Shown here one piece after another: positions 38,736 through 49,010 of a DNA stretch of 64,000 nt (its first letter is position 1; the number at the start of each line of letters is the position of its first letter). Source of the DNA: an uncultured Candidatus Saccharibacteria bacterium (GTDB taxonomy: Bacteria > Patescibacteriota > Minisyncoccia > Phycocordibacterales > PALSA-1337); contig CAYXPQ010000001.1 in assembly GCA_964467225.1 (NCBI GenBank), positions 75,803-139,802 of the forward strand, written 5' to 3'. The notes beneath the pieces are model-generated. The model saw only the letters and a list, made by a program, of their open reading frames with translations. It had not been told where the DNA came from and made no database searches. Both the position numbers and the translations under genes were made by a program.

Positions 38736-39875
38736 ATGAGTTTTATGAGTAGTATATTCTCAATTTTCTCAAGCAAGAGCCCCAGTGTTCTTGGTGTTGA
38801 TATTGGTTCCTCTGCGATAAAGGTAGTACAGATAAAGAAAAAAAGAGGAAGGGCAGTGCTCGAAACCTACGGAGAACTTGCTCTAGGCCCATATTCTGGT
38901 GTGGAAGTTGGTAGGGCCACGAATCTTCCTGTAGACAAAATTATTGATGCATTAAAGGATATTCTAAGAGAATCAAAGACAACTACAGTCTCAGCTGGAG
39001 TAGCTCTCCCGTTATCTTCAAGCCTCATTTCATTTATCAGTGTTCCCGCAGTTCCAGACAAGCAATTAGCTGATGTTATAAAACTTGAAGCTAGAAAGTA
39101 CATACCAGTGCCTATGAATGAAGTAATGATTGATTATTCTATTGTTCCTAAGGAAGATAATTATCCTCCTGAGGATGATAGTCAAAATCAAAATACAAAG
39201 CCAGATCCTGCTCAACCTTCAAAGTTAGTTAATAAAGATGTATTGGTTGTGGCAATTCACAATGAATACGTAAATAATTACCAATCAATTATGACTGGAA
39301 GCGGTATACAACCGACTTTCTATGAAATTGAGTTATTTAGTTCAATAAGAGCTGTGGTAGATCAGGGTATTAATGCTGTAATGATTGTAGATATGGGTGC
39401 AAGTATTACCAAGCTCTATATAGTCGAAAGAGGAATATTACGCACATCTCATATTATAAATAGAGGAGGTCAAGATATTACCTTAGCTATTTCAAAATCA
39501 CTAAGTGTTAGTGTCAGTGAAGCAGAAAACTTAAAGAGAGTAAATGGTCTCAAGGGTGGTCCAGAATACAAAGAATTGACTGAAATCATAACAGTTAATC
39601 TAGATTACGTATTCTATGAGGCAAATGCTACAATGCTGAATTATCAAAAGAAATACATGAAGAATGTAAGTAAAGTAATACTTACTGGTGGGGGAGTATT
39701 ATTAAAAGGTCTTACAGATCTTGCAAAGATCAGTTTCCAAACTGAAGTGATATATGCAGACCCATTTTCAAGATTAGAAACCCCTGCTTTCTTAGCAGAT
39801 CATTTCCTTCAAGCGGGTCCAGAATTTGCAGTAGCGATTGGTTGTGCTCTGAGAAGGCTTTCCGAGGTTGATTGA
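38736..39875 (+). CDS. pilM: Type IV pilus assembly protein PilM
   Basis: GVDIGSSAIKVV, EARKYIP, LTGGG, AVAIGCALR. Confidence 0.93.
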   Translation: MSFMSSIFSIFSSKSPSVLGVDIGSSAIKVVQIKKKRGRAVLETYGELALGPYSGVEVGRATNLPVDKIIDALKDILRESKTTTVSAGVALPLSSSLISFISVPAVPDKQLADVIKLEARKYIPVPMNEVMIDYSIVPKEDNYPPEDDSQNQNTKPDPAQPSKLVNKDVLVVAIHNEYVNNYQSIMTGSGIQPTFYEIELFSSIRAVVDQGINAVMIVDMGASITKLYIVERGILRTSHIINRGGQDITLAISKSLSVSVSEAENLKRVNGLKGGPEYKELTEIITVNLDYVFYEANATMLNYQKKYMKNVSKVILTGGGVLLKGLTDLAKISFQTEVIYADPFSRLETPAFLADHFLQAGPEFAVAIGCALRRLSEVD

Positions 39876-39933
39876 TAAGATATACACATAAGCTATCGAT
39901 TTAACTTTAATAATCTAGTATAATTTATACTGA

Positions 39934-40575
39934 ATGGAGACTAAATTTCAAACATCATTTATACCAAAGAAACCTTTAGTAACTGATCCTACTAAACCTA
40001 TAGTCGTTCACCGCGGAGGTGTAAGTATAATGATGATTGTATCAATAATTCTATTCATTGCATCAATAGGAGGTGCAGTATTTAGTGTTGTTTGGATTGG
40101 AGTTCTAAACCAAGCTCAAGAATCATATAAACAACAATTAGCGGATAGCGAAAAGAGATTTAATATATCCTTAATTGAAGATTTAAAGAAATTTAGTTCA
40201 AAAATTGAAATCAGTAAGGAATTATTCGAGAAACATTTAAGTGTTTCAGAGATTTTTCCAATTATTAATGAATTGACTATTGAAACAGTAAAATTTGATA
40301 GTTTTGTATTTTCTGAACCAGAGAAAGGTGGAGATAATATAAAGATTACAATGTACGGAGTAGCAAAAAACTATAATTCTATAGCATTTCAGTCAGATGT
40401 ATTCGGTTCTTCAGAGAAATTCGGCAAGAATAAAGTAATAAAGAATCCAGTGGTTGCAGATCTCTCAGAAGAAGAGAGTGGTGAGATCAACTTTACATTT
40501 AGTGGTTTATTAAGTACCAATGATGTGTTGTATGAGAAGACGGTAGATGCAAGTGTTAATATCAACAATCAATAA
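39934..40575 (+). CDS. PilN-like protein
   Basis: TSFIPK, TM plus coiled coil; position after pilM. Confidence 0.7.
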   Translation: METKFQTSFIPKKPLVTDPTKPIVVHRGGVSIMMIVSIILFIASIGGAVFSVVWIGVLNQAQESYKQQLADSEKRFNISLIEDLKKFSSKIEISKELFEKHLSVSEIFPIINELTIETVKFDSFVFSEPEKGGDNIKITMYGVAKNYNSIAFQSDVFGSSEKFGKNKVIKNPVVADLSEEESGEINFTFSGLLSTNDVLYEKTVDASVNINNQ

Positions 40576-40580
40576 ATTAT

Positions 40581-41156
40581 ATGAATAAAGGAGTTGCACC
40601 AATTCTACTTTTAATACTAGCTGTCGGAGTATACTTTACTTTTACTAAGAGTAAGGTCGATGAAATTAAGTCTATAAAAACCGTAAATGCTGGATACGAA
40701 GAAGCTCTAGAGAATGTAGAGAAGCTTATTAAGGTCCGTGATGGAGTTCTAAAGACATATAATTCGATTGATGAGGTTGATAGAAGAAGATTAGATAAGA
40801 TTATCCCAAATAACATAGACAATGTAAGATTGATAATTGATATTAAGGGAATTGGTGAGCAGCATGGCTTAACGCTAAGAAATGTTAAAACAAGTGCAAA
40901 GAGTGCCGCTACAACAAATTCAGCTAATGGTGTAGGTATAGGTTCAGAAGTTTCTGCCTATGGTAGTGACTCATCAAAATATGAGACAGTGACTCTTTCA
41001 TTTGAAGTAGCAGCAAGTTATAAGAGTTTTGTTGAATTACTAAAATCAATAGAATCTAGTTTGAGAATATTAGATATTTCAAAAATAGATATTATAGCCA
41101 ATGATACAAATATCTATGATTATGAGGTTGAGTTAAAGACATATTGGTTAAAATAA
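40581..41156 (+). CDS. PilO-like protein
   Basis: TM, coiled coil, SY..F..LL..IE.SLRI; synteny. Confidence 0.75.
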   Translation: MNKGVAPILLLILAVGVYFTFTKSKVDEIKSIKTVNAGYEEALENVEKLIKVRDGVLKTYNSIDEVDRRRLDKIIPNNIDNVRLIIDIKGIGEQHGLTLRNVKTSAKSAATTNSANGVGIGSEVSAYGSDSSKYETVTLSFEVAASYKSFVELLKSIESSLRILDISKIDIIANDTNIYDYEVELKTYWLK

Positions 41157-41163
41157 TAAAATT

Positions 41164-41529
41164 ATGAATAATCAATCTTCATCAAAAAAAACAATAATAG
41201 TATTCATCATAATTTTGGCAATTAGTGGATTATTGTATTTCTATTCTATTGGTTCACCAAGTGATTCCTCAGTGTCATCATTGGATGTAAGCATTCCACC
41301 AGATGCAATGGTATCAGGTGTGGTCAGTTCCAAGGCTTTAGTTTTACTTAGAGAAGTCAGTACATTAAAGATAGATCCTAATTTCTTTGGTGGTGCTATT
41401 TATAAATCTCTACTAGACTATTCTGTTGAAGTACCACCTCAAAATGTTGGAAGACCAAATCCATTTCAACCATTCCCAGGACAGTCAAAGACTTCCATGA
41501 ATAAGTCGATAGCTCCAAGGACAAGATAA
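41164..41529 (+). CDS. PilP-like protein
   Basis: TM then GRPNPF motif; synteny. Confidence 0.6.
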   Translation: MNNQSSSKKTIIVFIIILAISGLLYFYSIGSPSDSSVSSLDVSIPPDAMVSGVVSSKALVLLREVSTLKIDPNFFGGAIYKSLLDYSVEVPPQNVGRPNPFQPFPGQSKTSMNKSIAPRTR

Positions 41530-41533
41530 ATAT

Positions 41534-43249
41534 ATGAGTGTAGTTGATATTCTATTAAAGAAAAATCTTATATCACAAGATGATATACGTGAGATTAAAA
41601 AGAGAACTGGAGAAGGAGAATCTCTAGATCAAATTTTGGTTGAAATAGGAGTCCATTCAGAAGATATATTGGCTGCCAGAGGTGAATTTCTGAATATTCC
41701 TATTAGAAATTTAGGTGAATCTAGTGTTCCATTTGAAGCTTTGGATTATATCCCAGAAGAATCAGCAACCCATTATAAATTTGTTCCAATTGGATTGAAA
41801 GAAGGGACTTTAGAAGTTGGTATTGTTGATCCTGATAATATAGAAGCTAGAGATGCATTAAATTTTATTGCATCAAAAAGTAATATTCCTTACAAAATAT
41901 TTTTGATAAGTGGTACAGATTATACAAAAGTAATAGAGTTATATAAGGGAATTGGTGGAGAGGTATCAAAGGCTCTTTCTGAACTTGAAACTGTTCTCTC
42001 TATTGATAACGAAGCTACAGTAGATGTAAAGAAAGGCAAGACAGAGAAAGACACAAATGCAATAATCATAGAAGATGCTCCTGTGGTCAAGATTGTAGCA
42101 ACTATTGTTAGATATGCTACAGAGGGTAATGCTTCTGATGTACATATTGAACATATGCGTGACAGAGTCAGGGTACGTTTCCGTGTCGATGGTACTCTAA
42201 ACACTAGTCTCGTTCTTCCATCTCAAGTTCATAGTGCTGTGGTCGCACGCATTAAGGTTCTTTCTAATATGAAATTAGACGAGAAAAGAAAACCGCAGGA
42301 CGGCAGATTCTCAGCAAGAATTGATGGTAGGAAAGTGGATTTTCGAGTCTCTACATTTCCAGCTTACTATGGGGAGAAGGTCGTGATGCGTATCCTAGAT
42401 CAAGAGAAGGGTGTAAAGAAGATTGAGGAGATGGGACTGTCTGAGAAAAACCTAGCACATTTCAAAGAGGCAATTAATAAACCATATGGACTAATTTTGA
42501 TCACTGGACCTACAGGTTCTGGAAAATCAACAACACTTTACTCTATGTTAAATGAAGTTGATAGAGAAGGAGCAAATGTGCTTTCTCTAGAAGATCCTAT
42601 TGAATATAATATGGATGGTGTAAGTCAGTCACAGGTCCATCCAGAGATTGGTTATACATTTGCTTCTGGATTGCGTACAACTCTTAGACAAGATCCAGAT
42701 ATAATAATGGTCGGTGAGATCCGAGATAAGGAGACTGCGCAGCTTGCTGTGCAAGCTGCGCTTACAGGTCACTTAGTGTTCTCAACCCTACACACTAACA
42801 ATGCCGCTGGAGTTATACCAAGACTTATAGATATGGGTGTAGATCCTTATCTTATTGCGCCAACACTTATTCTCGCAATCGCTCAGAGACTTGTCGGAAC
42901 TCTGCCTCAAGGTGGGGGTAAGCCTATTCCGGTTGAAGGTAGTATAAAAATGCTTATTGATAGACAATTCTCTGATCTTCCAGAGCAATATAAGAAGGAG
43001 ATTCCATTTACAGATACAGTATTCGGAATAAATCCAACCCCCGACTGTCCAAAAGGAACACGAGGACGTATGGCAGTGTTTGAAGTTATGAGAATGGATA
43101 AAGAAATTGAAGCAGCAATTCTAAAAAACCCAAATGAGTTAGAGATTTCAAGAATATTAAGACAAAAGGGAATGTTGACGATGAAAGAGGATGCAATGCT
43201 GAAAGCCTTTCAAAGGATAATTCCATTTGAGGAAGTTAATAAGCTCTAG
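41534..43249 (+). CDS. pilB: Type IV pilus assembly ATPase (GspE/PilB)
   Basis: ASDVHIE, PQDGR, GPTGSGKSTT, LRQDPD, LTGHLVFSTLH. Confidence 0.95.
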   Translation: MSVVDILLKKNLISQDDIREIKKRTGEGESLDQILVEIGVHSEDILAARGEFLNIPIRNLGESSVPFEALDYIPEESATHYKFVPIGLKEGTLEVGIVDPDNIEARDALNFIASKSNIPYKIFLISGTDYTKVIELYKGIGGEVSKALSELETVLSIDNEATVDVKKGKTEKDTNAIIIEDAPVVKIVATIVRYATEGNASDVHIEHMRDRVRVRFRVDGTLNTSLVLPSQVHSAVVARIKVLSNMKLDEKRKPQDGRFSARIDGRKVDFRVSTFPAYYGEKVVMRILDQEKGVKKIEEMGLSEKNLAHFKEAINKPYGLILITGPTGSGKSTTLYSMLNEVDREGANVLSLEDPIEYNMDGVSQSQVHPEIGYTFASGLRTTLRQDPDIIMVGEIRDKETAQLAVQAALTGHLVFSTLHTNNAAGVIPRLIDMGVDPYLIAPTLILAIAQRLVGTLPQGGGKPIPVEGSIKMLIDRQFSDLPEQYKKEIPFTDTVFGINPTPDCPKGTRGRMAVFEVMRMDKEIEAAILKNPNELEISRILRQKGMLTMKEDAMLKAFQRIIPFEEVNKL

Positions 43250-43261
43250 TATAATAAAGTC

Positions 43262-43657
43262 ATGAATAATGAAAATGTAAGCATACTTTTTATTGATGAT
43301 GATAAATTTCTACTTGATATGTATGCATTGAAATTTTCAAAGAATAATTTTGATGTTCATACTGCTCAGGGTCCTGAGGAGGGTCTGAAATTACTAAGAG
43401 ATGGATTGAGGCCAAATATAATTCTGACAGATGTGGTAATGCCTGCTATGGATGGAATAGAATTACTAGAGACAGCACAGAAGGAAGGCTTGGTTAAGAA
43501 TAGCGTTCTTATAATTCTTACGAATCAAGGTTTACCTGATGATATAGCTAGAGCTAAGAAGATTGGTGTAGATGGATATATTATTAAGGCAACCACCATT
43601 CCATCCGAAGTACTTATACAAGTTCAAAAGATTTATTTATCATCAAAAAGACAATAG
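43262..43657 (+). CDS. Single-domain response regulator
   Basis: IDDD, TDVVMPAMDG, ILTN, GYIIK. Confidence 0.9.
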   Translation: MNNENVSILFIDDDKFLLDMYALKFSKNNFDVHTAQGPEEGLKLLRDGLRPNIILTDVVMPAMDGIELLETAQKEGLVKNSVLIILTNQGLPDDIARAKKIGVDGYIIKATTIPSEVLIQVQKIYLSSKRQ

Positions 43658-43658
43658 T

Positions 43659-44717
43659 ATGGAATATAAAAAAGAAATTGAGCAATTAGTCGACATGGTT
43701 ATAAAGGAGAATGCTTCAGATCTTCATTTGGCTGAAGGTAGGAATCCTATTATTCGTGTATCGGGCAATCTAATTCCTTTAGCTAAACTTCCCAAGCTTA
43801 GTTCTGCTGATATGAATGGTCTTATTTCTCAATTTTTAACTCCAGAGAACAAAGAGATATTTAAAAACGATAGGTCTGTGGATTTCTCTTATAGTATGAC
43901 CTCAGCACGTTTCCGAGGTAATGCTTTCTATCATCAAGGTGAAATATCAATTGCACTAAGACTTATTCCAAAACAGATTAGAACTTTAGCTGAGCTTAAT
44001 CTTCCACCCATTATTGAAACATTTACACGTAAACAGCAAGGGTTCTTTCTTGTTGTTGGACCAATTGGTCAAGGAAAGTCTACCACTCTTGCTTCTTTGA
44101 TTGAGATGATAAATCAAACTAGAACTGAGCATATTATGACCATTGAAGATCCTATTGAGTATATGTATGAGTCCAAAAAATCTATCATTGATCAAAGAGA
44201 GGTTAGGGTCGATACTCCAGGTTTCAAAGAAGGACTTGTTTCAATGTTCAGACAAGATATTGATGTGTGTTTAGTAGGGGAAATGCGCGATACAGACACT
44301 ATCGCTACTGCTGTAACTGCTGCAGAGACAGGTCATTTGGTATTCTCAACTCTACATACAAACAACGCAGCCCAGACCATTAACCGTATTATTGATTCAT
44401 TCCCATCAGGTCAACAAGATCAGATTAGGATTCAGCTTGCTGGAAGTCTTACAGGAATATTTTCTCAGAGATTAATTCCTAGAATTTCTGGAGGTTTGAT
44501 TCCTGCATTTGAGCTACTTATTAATAATAATGCAGTTGCGAATCTTATAAGAGAGAAGAGAATTCATGAAATTAATACTGTAATAGAAACAAGTTCTGGA
44601 GATGGAATGGTTGATATGAACAGATCTTTGGCAGAATTAGTACGCGCAAGAGAGATTACTGTAGAGAGTGCATATCTGAATTCACTTAATCCCAAAACTC
44701 TTGAACGTCTGGTATAA
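43659..44717 (+). CDS. pilT: Pilus retraction ATPase PilT (start ATG 43659)
   Basis: ASDLHL, GQGKSTT, EDPIE, AAETGHLVFSTLH, ANLIRE. Confidence 0.95.
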   Translation: MEYKKEIEQLVDMVIKENASDLHLAEGRNPIIRVSGNLIPLAKLPKLSSADMNGLISQFLTPENKEIFKNDRSVDFSYSMTSARFRGNAFYHQGEISIALRLIPKQIRTLAELNLPPIIETFTRKQQGFFLVVGPIGQGKSTTLASLIEMINQTRTEHIMTIEDPIEYMYESKKSIIDQREVRVDTPGFKEGLVSMFRQDIDVCLVGEMRDTDTIATAVTAAETGHLVFSTLHTNNAAQTINRIIDSFPSGQQDQIRIQLAGSLTGIFSQRLIPRISGGLIPAFELLINNNAVANLIREKRIHEINTVIETSSGDGMVDMNRSLAELVRAREITVESAYLNSLNPKTLERLV

Positions 44718-44729
44718 TTAAACAAAATT

Positions 44730-45938
44730 ATGCTTTTTATATATCAAGCAATAGATCAAACAGGTGCACCAAAGAATGGATCAATAGATGCAGTGAATGT
44801 TGATGTTGCCATTGCTTCTCTACAGAGAAGAGGGTTGGTAATAACGTCTATAAATGAAGAAGGTGCGAAGAAATTCAATATGTCCATGAATATTTCATGG
44901 TTAGAGAGAGTGTCTAATAAAGATATTGTTATTCTTTCTAGACAATTGGCTACACTTTTTGAAGCTCAAGTCTCTGCGCTTAGAATCTTCAGACTATTAG
45001 GAGGAGAAGCAGAGAATAAAGTCTTGAGATCAAAACTTAATATAATTGCTGATGATCTTCAAGCGGGTAGTTCTATTTCTATAGCATTGTCTAAGCATCC
45101 CAAAATTTTCTCAGAATTTTATGTAAGTATGGTTAAATCAGGTGAGGAATCAGGTAAATTAAATGAGACCTTTAGCTATTTGGCAGATTATCTCGATAGA
45201 ACTTATGAATTAGTATCCAAAGCTCGTGGTGCGCTTATCTATCCATCATTTGTTATTATGACCTTTATTACTGTGATGATACTAATGTTCACTATGGTTA
45301 TTCCAAAAATTAGTACCATTTTGGTTGAATCTGGTCAGGATATCCCAATATATACCAAGATCGTCTTGGGTATTAGTAATTTCTTTGTTGATTTTGGCTT
45401 TATATTGGCGGGTATAGTTATAATTGGAGGTTTCTTATTAATTAGATATATTCGAACTCCGACTGGTAAAGCAGCTTTTGATAGATTTAAGTTAAGTGTT
45501 CCTTATGTTAGTAACCTTTTCCGTAAGTTATATTGGTCAAGGCTTTCGGATAACATGAATACAATGCTTGTATCAGGCATTCCTATTGTTAGAGCACTAG
45601 AATTAACATCCTCAGTTATTAACAATTCCATCTATCAGAAGATTCTGGCAGATGCAGTTGATTCAGTTAAGGCTGGTAAAGCTGTATCTGAAGCTTTAAC
45701 TGTAAATGGTGAGATTCCTGGAATTATGATTCAAATGATGAAAGTGGGTGAGGAGTCTGGAGAGTTGGGTCCAATATTGAAGACTCTTGCTAGATTTTAC
45801 GCTAGAGAGGTCACTACAGCGGTGGACGCCTTGGTGGGATTGATTGAGCCACTTATGATTGTCTGTCTTGGAGGTGGTGTTGCCGTGCTACTAGCTTCTG
45901 TCCTAATACCTATTTACAATGTAGCCTCTGCACAATAG
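44730..45938 (+). CDS. pilC: Type IV pilus platform protein PilC/GspF
   Basis: SRQLATL, GEESGKL, LIYPS, LIEP. Confidence 0.95.
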   Translation: MLFIYQAIDQTGAPKNGSIDAVNVDVAIASLQRRGLVITSINEEGAKKFNMSMNISWLERVSNKDIVILSRQLATLFEAQVSALRIFRLLGGEAENKVLRSKLNIIADDLQAGSSISIALSKHPKIFSEFYVSMVKSGEESGKLNETFSYLADYLDRTYELVSKARGALIYPSFVIMTFITVMILMFTMVIPKISTILVESGQDIPIYTKIVLGISNFFVDFGFILAGIVIIGGFLLIRYIRTPTGKAAFDRFKLSVPYVSNLFRKLYWSRLSDNMNTMLVSGIPIVRALELTSSVINNSIYQKILADAVDSVKAGKAVSEALTVNGEIPGIMIQMMKVGEESGELGPILKTLARFYAREVTTAVDALVGLIEPLMIVCLGGGVAVLLASVLIPIYNVASAQ

Positions 45939-46023
45939 TTTTCCACAAACAATATCATTGTTATGTTTTATCTGTTATAATTATAGCCATCAAGTAATTA
46001 TTAATAAGTAATTTAATTAGTTT

Positions 46024-46488
46024 ATGAAGAAATATTCACAAGGCGGTTTCACATTGATCGAGTTGCTGGTTGTTATTGCGATCATTGGTATATTGTCATC
46101 AGTAGTATTAGCAAGTTTGAGTACAGCGAGAAATAAGGCTAAGGATTCAAAAGTTCAGAGTCAATTGGGCGCAATGAGAGCACAAGCTTTGTTATACACT
46201 GGAACAGGTACTGGGGTTGCGGCAGTATCACCATGTGCAGCTACAGCCAATACGTTATTTGATACTAACAATAACGGTCTAGGTAATTTAGTGGGTCCAA
46301 TTATTGCTCAAACAACAACAAGATGTTCATCTCAAGCAGGACAACCTTCAGCAGGAAATGTTAATTGGGCGGTAGCTGCTGATGTAACAGGAGGTACATG
46401 GTGTGTAGATAGTACAGGAGTATCAAGATTTTCTACAACAGCTCTTAACGCAGTTATTCAAAACGGAGGATACACTTGTCAGCCATAA
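46024..46488 (+). CDS. Type IV pilin 1
   Basis: GGFTLIELLVVIAIIGIL; WCVDSTG. Confidence 0.93.
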   Translation: MKKYSQGGFTLIELLVVIAIIGILSSVVLASLSTARNKAKDSKVQSQLGAMRAQALLYTGTGTGVAAVSPCAATANTLFDTNNNGLGNLVGPIIAQTTTRCSSQAGQPSAGNVNWAVAADVTGGTWCVDSTGVSRFSTTALNAVIQNGGYTCQP

Positions 46489-46511
46489 TTTTTTTATAGA
46501 TAGAATACTTA

Positions 46512-46541
46512 ATAAAGACCGCATGTTTATGCGGTTTTTTA
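46512..46541 (+). terminator. Terminator after pilin 1
   Basis: ACCGCAT-GTTT-ATGCGGT followed by a T run. Confidence 0.7.
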
Positions 46542-46649
46542 TGTGTTGTGGATAACTAGTATTTCACATTATTAACACTTATAGCTATTTATTGCTATAA
46601 TTATCACCATAAGTTTATTATTAGTTTATTAAAAGTAATTAATTAGTTT

Positions 46650-47105
46650 ATGAAGAAATATTCACAAGGTGGTTTCACATTGATCGAGTTGCTGGTTGTT
46701 ATTGCGATCATTGGTATATTGTCATCAGTAGTATTAGCAAGTTTGAGTACAGCGAGAAATAAGGGTGCAGATGCAAAGATTCAATCTCAATTACAATCAA
46801 TGAGAGCACAAGCTGAATTATTTACTGGTACACATCTAGCTATCTCTAACACAGGTACTCCATGTGCTACAACTGGAATCTTTCAGACTGCAAATAATGG
46901 TCTAGGTAACTTATTAGGTGGTATTACAACTCAAACAAGATGTGCCTCAGACACATCTGGTAATTGGGCTCTTTCTGCCGTCACATCCACTGGAGCATGG
47001 TGTGTAGATAGTACAGGAGTATCAAGAGGTGCTACTTCAGGAGGGGTGGCTTATACTACTACTCTAACTACTTCGATTGCAGCTGCTGGTGTATCTTGTC
47101 TATAA
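46650..47105 (+). CDS. Type IV pilin 2 (paralogue of pilin 1)
   Basis: N-terminal 38 aa identical to pilin 1; WCVDSTG. Confidence 0.93.
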   Translation: MKKYSQGGFTLIELLVVIAIIGILSSVVLASLSTARNKGADAKIQSQLQSMRAQAELFTGTHLAISNTGTPCATTGIFQTANNGLGNLLGGITTQTRCASDTSGNWALSAVTSTGAWCVDSTGVSRGATSGGVAYTTTLTTSIAAAGVSCL

Positions 47106-47129
47106 TTTAATCAAATTACACCCTACATT

Positions 47130-47159
47130 ACCTCACCTTACGGTGGGGTTTTGTTTTTT
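47130..47159 (+). terminator. Terminator after pilin 2
   Basis: ACCTCACC-TTAC-GGTGGGGT followed by a T-rich tail. Confidence 0.65.
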
Positions 47160-47216
47160 ATAAACTGTGGAATTCTTTTGTATTTTTAATTTATATCTCT
47201 GATATACTTAAGGAAT

Positions 47217-47702
47217 ATGAAAAAACACTTAACAACAAAAGGTTTTACATTAATAGAATTATTAGTAGTTATCGCGATCATCGGTATATTGTCATCAGTA
47301 GTATTATCAGATTTAAGTACAGCCAGAAGTAAAGGAGGTGATGCGGCTATAAAGCAAGCATTAGCAGGAGCTAAGACTCAAGCTCAATTATTCAATACTA
47401 CAAATGGCACATTTACAGGAGTATGTGGATCCGGAGGTGAGACTATTGGAGATATGGTTTTGAATGCAGCTCAGAATCTAGGACAGACTGCTATTGTTGG
47501 TGGTACTGCAGATGCATTCGCATACAATCTTGACGGTTCTGTTACAGGAGCGGCGGTATGTCATGAGACAAATGATGGATGGGCAGCTATAGTGTCATTA
47601 AAAAATCCTATTGCTACCAGTTCTGGATGGTGCGTAGATTATTCTGGTAAGTCAGAAGAGAATACAACTCTAAGTTCTAACTCAGTAGATTGTGGTTTGT
47701 AA
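47217..47702 (+). CDS. Type IV pilin 3
   Basis: KGFTLIELLVVIAIIGIL; WCVDYSG. Confidence 0.92.
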   Translation: MKKHLTTKGFTLIELLVVIAIIGILSSVVLSDLSTARSKGGDAAIKQALAGAKTQAQLFNTTNGTFTGVCGSGGETIGDMVLNAAQNLGQTAIVGGTADAFAYNLDGSVTGAAVCHETNDGWAAIVSLKNPIATSSGWCVDYSGKSEENTTLSSNSVDCGL

Positions 47703-47708
47703 AATTAT

Positions 47709-48206
47709 ATGAAATTAAAATTTAACAACAAAGGATTCACTCTTATAGAGTTAATGGTGGTGGTTGTAATAATTGCAATTCTTACTTCTGTTGTTATGGC
47801 AAGTTTTGCTCAAGCCAAGGCTAAGAGTAGAGATGCAAAAAGAATTTCTGATTTGGCACAATTGCAGTTGGCACTTGAGTTGGGATTTGATAAGTGTAAT
47901 TCTTTTCCAGCAGTATCTACGGTTAATGGTGTTCATGTAGTCGTTCTGGGTTCTGTCTTTAGTACAACATGCATTCATCCCACTAGAGGAACTCCGTATG
48001 TTTTATCTGATTTTATTTCTAGAGTTCCTAATGATCCAAGTGGACCAACTGTCAACTATGTATATGAAGTTTATGCTACCAGATTTGATTATAGATTAAT
48101 GGCAACCCTTGAGACAATGAATGGTGCAACTGCAGGAGGTGTGACGGGAAATATTGGTCAGGCATTGTGTGCTACAGGAAATAATTATTGTGTGGCTCCA
48201 AGATAA
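47709..48206 (+). CDS. Type IV pilin / GspG-like protein
   Basis: KGFTLIELMVVV, SRDAKRISDL..LQLALE. Confidence 0.9.
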   Translation: MKLKFNNKGFTLIELMVVVVIIAILTSVVMASFAQAKAKSRDAKRISDLAQLQLALELGFDKCNSFPAVSTVNGVHVVVLGSVFSTTCIHPTRGTPYVLSDFISRVPNDPSGPTVNYVYEVYATRFDYRLMATLETMNGATAGGVTGNIGQALCATGNNYCVAPR

Positions 48207-48209
48207 TAA

Positions 48210-49007
48210 ATGCAAAGTTATTTTTTTACATTTTCATTCATACTAGGTGTATTAATCGGTAGTTTTTTGAATGTTGTTGCTTTGAGATATAACACTGGTA
48301 TGACTCTGAAGGGAAGATCAAAATGCTTTTCTTGTGGTAAAAATCTGAAATGGTATGAACTTGTTCCTCTATTCAGCTTTTTATTCCAAAAGGGTAAATG
48401 TAGAAATTGTAAAAGCAAAATTTCATGGCAATATCCAGTAGTAGAATTACTTGCAGGCATATTATTTGTTCTTGTAATATGGACTTTCCCTCCTCTTACA
48501 GTTCAGGCTAGTTTTACAACTCTATATTATATCTTTATTACTTGCCTGCTATTAGTCATTATTATCTACGATATAAAGCATAAGATAATACCCGATCAGA
48601 TGGTGTACCTTTTTGGAGTTATAGCATTGCTTAAATTATTTATTTCTTCAGATCTAAGTTTTGTTGCTCCTTCAATAAATTCTATTCTGGCAGGACCATT
48701 GCTCGCTCTACCTTTTGCTCTTTTGTTTCTATTTTCAAAAGGTACATGGATGGGACTAGGGGATGCAAAACTCGTATTGGGTATTGGTTGGACATTGGGT
48801 CTCATCAAAGGTATTTCAGCGATTGTTCTTGCATTTTGGATTGGTGCAATATTGAGTGTTATTTGGATGTATATTGTATTTAGGAAATTAAAATCGCATT
48901 ATGAAATTCCTTTTGGCCCATTTCTAGTATTAGGTATGTATTTGGTATTAATATTCAACATTCAAGTGATAGATTTCAGGCCATTCTTGTCTTTATTTTC
49001 AAATTAA
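48210..49007 (+). CDS. pilD: Prepilin peptidase
   Basis: GSFLNVV, CxxC pairs, MGLGDAKL, IPFGPFL. Confidence 0.96.
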   Translation: MQSYFFTFSFILGVLIGSFLNVVALRYNTGMTLKGRSKCFSCGKNLKWYELVPLFSFLFQKGKCRNCKSKISWQYPVVELLAGILFVLVIWTFPPLTVQASFTTLYYIFITCLLLVIIIYDIKHKIIPDQMVYLFGVIALLKLFISSDLSFVAPSINSILAGPLLALPFALLFLFSKGTWMGLGDAKLVLGIGWTLGLIKGISAIVLAFWIGAILSVIWMYIVFRKLKSHYEIPFGPFLVLGMYLVLIFNIQVIDFRPFLSLFSN

Positions 49008-49010
49008 ATT

